Sequence record: PZ721903.1
DNA length: 49,628 nt
DNA from: a phage
Reading direction: 5' to 3' (one strand)
The notes beneath the pieces were generated by a model. That model saw nothing but the letters and a program-made list of their open reading frames with translations, made no database searches and was not told the DNA's origin. A program made the position numbers and the translations under genes. This document shows, in pieces, positions 44,494 to 49,628 of the stretch; position 1 is the stretch's first letter; each line of letters opens with the position of its first letter.

Positions 44494-44557
44494 TTCCGCA
44501 AGGCCATTTGATATAGTGGCCTTATTGAAGCAGAGCGACCAATCAGAGGAATCGGCT

Positions 44558-44689
44558 ATGAAAATCAGATTAACCAGTAGCTACTTTAACCGTGAATCTT
44601 TCAATCAGTACATAATCACAGACGGAATGAATACAGGCATCGTCCTTGATGTATCCCACAGGCGACGTTATGTTTGTATCAGCAACTGA
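44558..44689 (+). CDS. small ORF behind a complete cassette (possible 5' part of a frameshifted gene)
   Basis: ATG 44558 is the one positioned by the CCAATCAGAGGAAT RBS; 43 codons; overlaps the next ORF, which is in the +1 frame. Confidence 0.3.
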   Translation: MKIRLTSSYFNRESFNQYIITDGMNTGIVLDVSHRRRYVCISN

Positions 44690-44852
44690 GCTTGCAAAGT
44701 ACGCAAAGCCAGAACATCGCCACCTGGCAGAGCCGCACTTGAGCGATGGAAAGGTTACAGATTACGCATTCACCAAAGGTGAGTATGAAATCGTGAGATC
44801 TGGACCTTTCAGATTCTGGAACAAACTTAAATCAGGGGAGTTATTCAAATGA
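44649..44852 (+). CDS. hypothetical protein (start uncertain)
   Basis: Track ORF 44646..44852; no convincing RBS of its own. Confidence 0.35.
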   Translation: MYPTGDVMFVSATELAKYAKPEHRHLAEPHLSDGKVTDYAFTKGEYEIVRSGPFRFWNKLKSGELFK

Positions 44853-45136
44853 GCAAAACTCATAAGTTAAAAATCGCCCCTGTACATTTCATTGGTGTAA
44901 TGAACGGAACCAAAACGGCAGAGTTCCGCATCAATGACCGAAACTTCCAATCTGGCGATATCCTGGAGCTATGCGAGTTCGATCGAGATGAGTTTACCGG
45001 GTGGGAAGTTCACGCCAGGGTATCCGATGTTACCGATGTGACGCCATACATCAATCGCGGGTATGACGAGCAAGAATGCGACTTCACGCAATACGTGATG
45101 TTATCAATCAAGCCTTACAGGAAGGTTAGACCATGA
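44849..45136 (+). CDS. DUF3850/ASCH-like domain protein (putative)
   Basis: N-terminal KLKIAPVHF...KTAEFRINDRNFQSGDIL pattern resembles ASCH/DUF3850 proteins. Confidence 0.45.
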   Translation: MSKTHKLKIAPVHFIGVMNGTKTAEFRINDRNFQSGDILELCEFDRDEFTGWEVHARVSDVTDVTPYINRGYDEQECDFTQYVMLSIKPYRKVRP

Positions 45137-45771
45137 AATTTGAATGTGTGCTTAGTAACGGATCTGGATTTAAGTACGGCAAAATCTACGAAGGCGCTCG
45201 CGTCAATTGCAACAGCTTCGTTATCACGGATGAGCGCGGTAGAAATGTTAACGTTGTCCGGCGTCACGAATACCAGGAAATTTTCCTGCCGTACGGCAAT
45301 AGTTCAAAATACATCTTCCATCGAATCGTTGATGGTGTTAAATTTAAAGACGTAATCGAAGCAATCAACCAACTTCATAATAAAGAGGTAAAATTTATGA
45401 AATTCGAATGTATCAGCGATAACACCAAAAAATTTACTGTTGGCAAAATTTACGATGTTCCCTCTGAGCACGCTAAGCACACGGCTGTAATTACCGACGA
45501 CACGGGCCGCCACCGCATTGCAACCGTAACGCACAACGGTGAAGGTCTTCGCTGGAATAGCGGCGGCACTAAGTTCGCAACGTTCGGCAAGAAGCGCAAG
45601 CGCACTTTCTGCGTCAAGGGCAATGTTGCGGCGAACAAGACCCACAACGACAAGGCGTCACAAGTTGACCGCAAGCCAGCATTGAAGTTTGAAGAGAAAG
45701 CGGATTTATCCGGCCTGGCTGTTGCGCTTGTTCTCCTGGTAGCTTCGATTTCGCTGATGTTCATCATGTAA
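45133..45771 (+). CDS. membrane-anchored protein with internal tandem duplication
   Basis: Two homologous units (MKFECVLSNGSGFKYGKIYEG... and MKFECISDNTKKFTVGKIYDV...) and C-terminal TMD LSGLAVALVLLVASISLMFIM. Confidence 0.5.
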   Translation: MKFECVLSNGSGFKYGKIYEGARVNCNSFVITDERGRNVNVVRRHEYQEIFLPYGNSSKYIFHRIVDGVKFKDVIEAINQLHNKEVKFMKFECISDNTKKFTVGKIYDVPSEHAKHTAVITDDTGRHRIATVTHNGEGLRWNSGGTKFATFGKKRKRTFCVKGNVAANKTHNDKASQVDRKPALKFEEKADLSGLAVALVLLVASISLMFIM

Positions 45772-45824
45772 TTTTAACGGGGAATCGGATCTGAACGGTT
45801 CCCCTTTCTTTTGGAGAAAACACT

Positions 45825-45935
45825 ATGCCAGACTTTTCTAACTGGAATAACGAGCCGCCATCATTTCAGGAGTTGCTATTCTGCCTCCTGGTCCTGACAT
45901 TATCTCTTAAGGGTGTTTTATGGCTACTATCATGA
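45825..45935 (+). CDS. small hydrophobic peptide (36 aa)
   Basis: Preceded by a terminator+RBS module (cccctttcttttGGAGAAAACACTATG) identical in type to those of the late operon. Confidence 0.3.
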   Translation: MPDFSNWNNEPPSFQELLFCLLVLTLSLKGVLWLLS

Positions 45936-46138
45936 CAGTAGAAGATGCAGCACGCGATGCAGTGGAAGGAATGCGCCCAAATACCTCCAGAATAGCACAC
46001 TACTACAAATCTGAGGTGTCGGCAGTGCAATTGGTCCACGAAATTTTAAGGCTCCCACAAGTCGATTCAGCGCGAGTAGTGACGTGCTTAAAAAATTATT
46101 TTTGCATCACTATTAAAACGAATAGCACGAATTGCTAA
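45932..46138 (+). CDS. hypothetical protein
   Basis: ATGA overlap with the preceding peptide; stop TAA inside box copy 46122. Confidence 0.4.
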   Translation: MTVEDAARDAVEGMRPNTSRIAHYYKSEVSAVQLVHEILRLPQVDSARVVTCLKNYFCITIKTNSTNC

Positions 46139-46141
46139 AAC
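46122..46141 (+). promoter_or_regulatory. palindromic box + TGaTAGAAT
   Basis: atagcacgaattgctaaaac; TGaTAGAAT within aaggg...ccctt; CCAATCAGAGGAAT before ATG 46206. Confidence 0.65.
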
Positions 46142-46205
46142 TTGCTCAAGGGTATTTGATAGAATGCCCTTCGTTGAGTTAAGCAACCAATCAGAGGAAT
46201 AAATC

Positions 46206-46736
46206 ATGGATAAAATTACCATTTGGGGCCAGACTGTCAACCTGTTTCTCGGCACGCGCCGAGTGGCAATCTTTGACTTTGACGGGACACTTAGCGATGG
46301 ATCTGGTCGACTTCACCTGCTGCCAACAAAGGATTTGCACTTGACTGAAAGCTGGTCTGAGTTTAACCGAGCGGCAATATTTGATAACCCAATCCAGAGC
46401 ACGATCGATGTGATGAACTCTATTTTTGCCGCTGGGTATCATGTGATCATTTTAACCGGGCGAAGTGATGAGGTGCGTTACGCATCTGAGTTATGGCTTA
46501 AGCATCACGGCGCTCGATATGATTACTTAGTCATGCGACCGCATACCGACAACCGCAAAGACACGGTAATGAAAGAAGAGGCAGTGCGCGCTATCGGCAT
46601 TGATAACATTCTTGCGGCTTGGGATGACTCAGTGAATATAATAAAAAAATTCAGAGATCTAGGGATAACCACATATCAGGTTTGTGAATATGCCTGTGAT
46701 AGTCGAGAGGATTTAAATAGTCATGGTGTCGATTGA
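46206..46736 (+). CDS. HAD-superfamily phosphatase
   Basis: Motif I AIFDFDGTL and ILTGR motif; 176 aa. Confidence 0.6.
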   Translation: MDKITIWGQTVNLFLGTRRVAIFDFDGTLSDGSGRLHLLPTKDLHLTESWSEFNRAAIFDNPIQSTIDVMNSIFAAGYHVIILTGRSDEVRYASELWLKHHGARYDYLVMRPHTDNRKDTVMKEEAVRAIGIDNILAAWDDSVNIIKKFRDLGITTYQVCEYACDSREDLNSHGVD

Positions 46737-47217
46737 TAACAAATCAATGGTAAGAGAGTTATTTACTTATTCTGACGGCGTTCTGTATTGGAAGGCCAAA
46801 TCATCTAAATACAGTAGAGCTAAAATAGGAGGCGCGGCAGGAAGCAAGGATAAAGACGGATACATAATAATCAGAGTAAGAAACGAAACTAGAGGCGCTC
46901 ACAGGCTTGTATGGATATACCATAATGGCAAGATACCTGATGGAATGGAGGTAGACCATATGGATGGAGACATAACAAACAATAGAATAGAAAACCTAAG
47001 ATTGGTAACGAGAACCATAAATAACAGGAATCAAAAAAAGAGATCTGATAACACAACCGGAGTATCCGGTGTAACTTTCATGAAAGATAGAGGAAAGTAT
47101 AGGGCGCAAGTTAGAAACAAGAGACTCGGGCAGTTCGACACAATAGAAGAGGCCGCCAAAGCAGTAAAGGATGAGCGGGATAGATTAGGTTTATTCACAA
47201 AAAGACACGGGGTGTAA
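46723..47217 (+). CDS. HNH homing endonuclease with AP2 DNA-binding domain
   Basis: HRLVWIYHNGKIP...DHMDGDITNNRIENLRLVTRTINNRN (HNH) followed by SGVSGVTFMKDRGKYRAQVRNKRLGQFDTIEEAAKA (AP2-like); AGA/AGG/ATA-rich codon usage unlike neighbours. Confidence 0.75.
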   Translation: MVSIDNKSMVRELFTYSDGVLYWKAKSSKYSRAKIGGAAGSKDKDGYIIIRVRNETRGAHRLVWIYHNGKIPDGMEVDHMDGDITNNRIENLRLVTRTINNRNQKKRSDNTTGVSGVTFMKDRGKYRAQVRNKRLGQFDTIEEAAKAVKDERDRLGLFTKRHGV

Positions 47218-47219
47218 AC

Positions 47220-47792
47220 ATGAAAACAGCTATCATTTTAAACGGCGCACCTGGTGCGGGAAAGGACACTATCGGATGCATCCTTGCTGACACTTACGAT
47301 CACGTAGCCTTGCGCAGCTTCAAAGCGCCAATGTTTGAGATTGCCAGGGCAATCCTGGGTGAAGCTAACTACGAGTATTTCATGTTCTTGTATGAGGACC
47401 GTCGATATAAAGAAGAGCCAGCATCAATCCTGAACGGTAAAAGCCCGCGCCAGTTTATGATCTGGATTAGCGAGGAAGTCATCAAGCCGCAGTTCGGAAA
47501 TCGCTTCTTCGGTATGCGAGCGGAAAGCAAGGTGAAAGAGTCGCACTCCCTTTCGGTATTTACTGATGGTGGATTCAAAGACGAAATCTTGCAGATGATT
47601 GAAGGTGATATCCAGGTCAAGCTATGTCGAATACATCGCAACGGTTGCAGCTTTGATAACGACAGCCGCGACTATATCTATCTTGACGACATGATCGGGG
47701 TTAACGGTTATCAGGAATGTGACTTCTTTTCTGTCGAAGGTCATCCAGAAATTACCGCTCAGCACATAGCCGCCACGTTCATCAATAAATAG
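47220..47792 (+). CDS. P-loop kinase, dNMP-kinase-like
   Basis: Walker A GAPGAGKDT and LNGKSP segment resembling T4 gp1-type deoxynucleotide monophosphate kinases. Confidence 0.55.
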   Translation: MKTAIILNGAPGAGKDTIGCILADTYDHVALRSFKAPMFEIARAILGEANYEYFMFLYEDRRYKEEPASILNGKSPRQFMIWISEEVIKPQFGNRFFGMRAESKVKESHSLSVFTDGGFKDEILQMIEGDIQVKLCRIHRNGCSFDNDSRDYIYLDDMIGVNGYQECDFFSVEGHPEITAQHIAATFINK

Positions 47793-47808
47793 CACGAATT
47801 GCTAAAAC
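47789..47808 (+). promoter_or_regulatory. palindromic box + TGaTATAGT
   Basis: atagcacgaattgctaaaac; -10 at 47827-47832 puts the palindrome centre (47797) near -42; CATCGACAACGA at the predicted transcript start. Confidence 0.65.
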
Positions 47809-47864
47809 GTCGATGGGGTGATTTGATATAGTTACCTCATCGACAACGAAGAGAGAAAATCTAA

Positions 47865-48074
47865 ATGACGGTATCAACTGATAAGTTTTTCACTTGCACT
47901 AAAACTTCTGAAGTATTCGAACTGGTTCATACTGATAATGGTGATTTCATGCATGACGGTTGCGACGTTTTCATTGAAGTGAAAGAAAGCGACTATGACG
48001 ACGGAGTTTATTACAGCCCGGCAGTTAACACGCAGTTTTTTACCCCGATCGAGGAAGATGGAGAAGAGGCATGA
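47865..48074 (+). CDS. hypothetical protein
   Basis: 69 aa acidic protein behind a complete cassette. Confidence 0.5.
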   Translation: MTVSTDKFFTCTKTSEVFELVHTDNGDFMHDGCDVFIEVKESDYDDGVYYSPAVNTQFFTPIEEDGEEA

Positions 48075-48430
48075 TTACGATTAACCTGTCAGAGAAGCAA
48101 GCTCGTGAAATCCTGGACACGATCGGCGACCAGTTACACATCAAGGGCGCTACCGCCGAACTTCTTAACCAGATCGAAAGGCAGCTTACCCCAGCATCAA
48201 CGAATCAAGCTGAGTTCGCAGCATGGAAGAGTGAACGCATCTTGCCAAATATCATCAAGGCATGGAAGCGCAAGCATAAAAAAGAAATCAACGTTGAGGA
48301 TTTGTTTACCGACGAATTAAGCCCTTCAAAGGTTGCTCAATATCAGTTGCGATACATGGAATCAGTTTGCAATCAGGTTTTAGGTGTTAATTTTCATTTT
48401 GGAGAGGTAAATAATGTTCGGATTAAGTGA
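48071..48430 (+). CDS. hypothetical protein
   Basis: 119 aa; ATGA coupling. Confidence 0.5.
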   Translation: MITINLSEKQAREILDTIGDQLHIKGATAELLNQIERQLTPASTNQAEFAAWKSERILPNIIKAWKRKHKKEINVEDLFTDELSPSKVAQYQLRYMESVCNQVLGVNFHFGEVNNVRIK

Positions 48431-48644
48431 AGCGGAATGGAACGTGGTAAAGCGCGCGGCGAAGGAATTAAATAAATTCGTCAGTGGCATGAAGAAAGAA
48501 GATCGGAAAAACGACAAGATCATGATTGACGTTATTTCTACTCACCACAAAAAGGTCGAATTACTCATCGATCGCTACAAATTTGTCTGGACTGCCGGGT
48601 ATATTGCCGGGCGCGTAGGTAACAAAGAAGGGGATTACGAATAA
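48414..48644 (+). CDS. hypothetical protein
   Basis: 76 aa ORF in operon. Confidence 0.45.
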   Translation: MFGLSEAEWNVVKRAAKELNKFVSGMKKEDRKNDKIMIDVISTHHKKVELLIDRYKFVWTAGYIAGRVGNKEGDYE

Positions 48645-48847
48645 TGGCTAATTTACCGAAGAAAGGAGATCAGGTTCGATGCATCACTTCACGTAATGGC
48701 GATGCTTTCTCAGCTGGGTGCTTGTATGACGTTGAAAAAGTCAGTAAAGCAAAGAGGCTCGTATATGTGTACGGCGACGATGGAAACCTGCATGAGATTA
48801 ATTACCCGCAGGATATGACTAAGGGTCAATTTGAAATTAATGATTGA
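48644..48847 (+). CDS. hypothetical protein
   Basis: 67 aa; TAATG overlap. Confidence 0.45.
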   Translation: MANLPKKGDQVRCITSRNGDAFSAGCLYDVEKVSKAKRLVYVYGDDGNLHEINYPQDMTKGQFEIND

Positions 48848-49008
48848 CCTACGTCCCTGAGCGGTGATAGTATTAATCCCGTAGACAAACTAGGCGCAAT
48901 GAAGCGCAACGCGTGAGACGATTCTCACACTTCCAGCTAACAAGCTCGGTTGCATAGTGGTTAAGCAACGCCGCAGACCCGTAAGCGGCAACAATTCAAG
49001 AGGATTGC

Positions 49009-49173
49009 ATGATGCAAAACACCAAAGACGAATCAGTAAAAATTGAAATTAAAGTAACTCGCAACGGTGAAACCACTCGTTATAAAAAACGATTAAATCC
49101 GGGAGAGGCTGTTATTGGTCGAATTGCTGGCGTTATGATTAAGGCGCAGGAAGATGAAGCGATTCAAGGTTAA
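49009..49173 (+). CDS. small hypothetical protein (54 aa)
   Basis: Below track cutoff; RBS aagagga before ATG 49009. Confidence 0.35.
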   Translation: MMQNTKDESVKIEIKVTRNGETTRYKKRLNPGEAVIGRIAGVMIKAQEDEAIQG

Positions 49174-49339
49174 ATTAATTATTCGAAAGATGGGGATGTT
49201 TTGCCAGTCGTGCAAACAATCTTTCGAAACAGAATTATCTGCAACCAGTCAGGCAGAAGCCATCACGAAAGCAAAAAAACTTTCCGGCGCTAACCTTGAC
49301 ACTCACAAAATAAATATTGAATTAATCAAGGAGATTTAA
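49154..49339 (+). CDS. hypothetical protein
   Basis: 61 aa, basic; RBS aggaag. Confidence 0.4.
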   Translation: MKRFKVKLIIRKMGMFCQSCKQSFETELSATSQAEAITKAKKLSGANLDTHKINIELIKEI

Positions 49340-49340
49340 C

Positions 49341-49568
49341 ATGACAATTTTTTTATTGATTATCGCTGGTGTCATTATTTTTGGTGCTGGTTTGTTTGCT
49401 GGCTTCGCACTTGTGGCGGCAGCAATTGCGATGGACGCGAAGGATAAAACTGGTGTATGGCTGACCTACTCACCTAAGAAGGACCAATGGGAGATGACTG
49501 GCGACCTTGCTCACTGCTACTCTAAAGCTCAGACCCACCCTAAAGGAATTAAGCGACTATTGTCGTGA
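49341..49568 (+). CDS. small membrane protein
   Basis: N-terminal TMD IFLLIIAGVIIFGAGLFAGFALVAAAIA; RBS aaggag; followed by terminator 49578-49600. Confidence 0.5.
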   Translation: MTIFLLIIAGVIIFGAGLFAGFALVAAAIAMDAKDKTGVWLTYSPKKDQWEMTGDLAHCYSKAQTHPKGIKRLLS

Positions 49569-49577
49569 TAAACACTA

Positions 49578-49620
49578 ACCCGCTTCGGCGGGTTTTTTTA
49601 TGCCTGCAATATGGTAAAAT
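49578..49620 (+). terminator. terminator followed by TGgTAAAAT extended -10-like box upstream of terminase
   Basis: acccgcttcggcgggt + T7, then atggtaaaat (49611-49620); junction box copy and terS RBS follow across the window end. Confidence 0.65.
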
Positions 49621-49628
49621 AGCACTAA
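49619..49628. promoter_or_regulatory. palindromic box copy spanning the window junction (continues at 1..10)
   Basis: atagcactaa at 49619-49628 joins atgttaaaca at 1-10 to give atagcactaaatgttaaaca, matching atagcacgaattgttaaaac. Confidence 0.6.

Noticed and set aside
47789-47832. TTGCTA inside the palindromic box as a classical -35 hexamer
   Set aside because: Its spacing to the -10 hexamer is a constant 22 nt, not 16-18, so it cannot serve as a normal sigma70 -35; it is interpreted as half of an upstream regulator site.
1-49628. CRISPR array, tRNA genes, integrase or lysogeny repressor
   Set aside because: The repeated elements are not regularly spaced repeat-spacer units; no cloverleaf-like 70-90 nt segments were seen in the intergenic gaps; no tyrosine/serine recombinase or CI-like repressor motifs were recognised. 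These are by-eye scans, not tool results.

Overview
The window reads as a complete, circularly permuted genome of a virulent siphovirus of about 49.6 kb, with a gene set resembling T1-like (Drexlerviridae) coliphages; that family placement is inference from gene content, not a database hit. Layout: a + strand late module (1-21.1 kb: terminase, portal, head, lambda-like tail with G/GT chaperone frameshift, tape measure, M/L/K/I/J tail tip), a Cor-like lipoprotein on the - strand, an AT-rich iteron region, a recombination/replication module (exonuclease, Erf, SSB, primase, helicase, Dam methylase, phosphoesterase), an inverted tail-fibre gene, a pinholin / SAR-endolysin / unimolecular-spanin lysis cassette, a - strand early operon (34.2-40.2 kb), a second AT-rich iteron region, and a + strand early operon (40.9-49.6 kb) of small genes. 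No integrase, repressor, tRNA or CRISPR array was recognised. The most striking features are (1) a roughly 20-bp palindromic box, aTAGCAC-N3-TTGcTAaaac, present about 24 times, usually swallowing the stop codon of the upstream gene and centred about 42 bp upstream of the start of an extended -10 promoter, one copy spanning the window end/start junction; (2) an in-frame TAA that interrupts a bacterial Ig-like (Big_2) domain at the C-terminus of a duplicated capsid decoration-like gene, suggesting stop-codon readthrough or recent pseudogenisation; (3) repeated terminator-plus-RBS modules in the late operon; (4) an HNH-AP2 homing endonuclease with atypical codon usage between a HAD phosphatase and a dNMP-kinase-like gene. 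All protein calls rest on motif recognition in the supplied translations; no searches were run.
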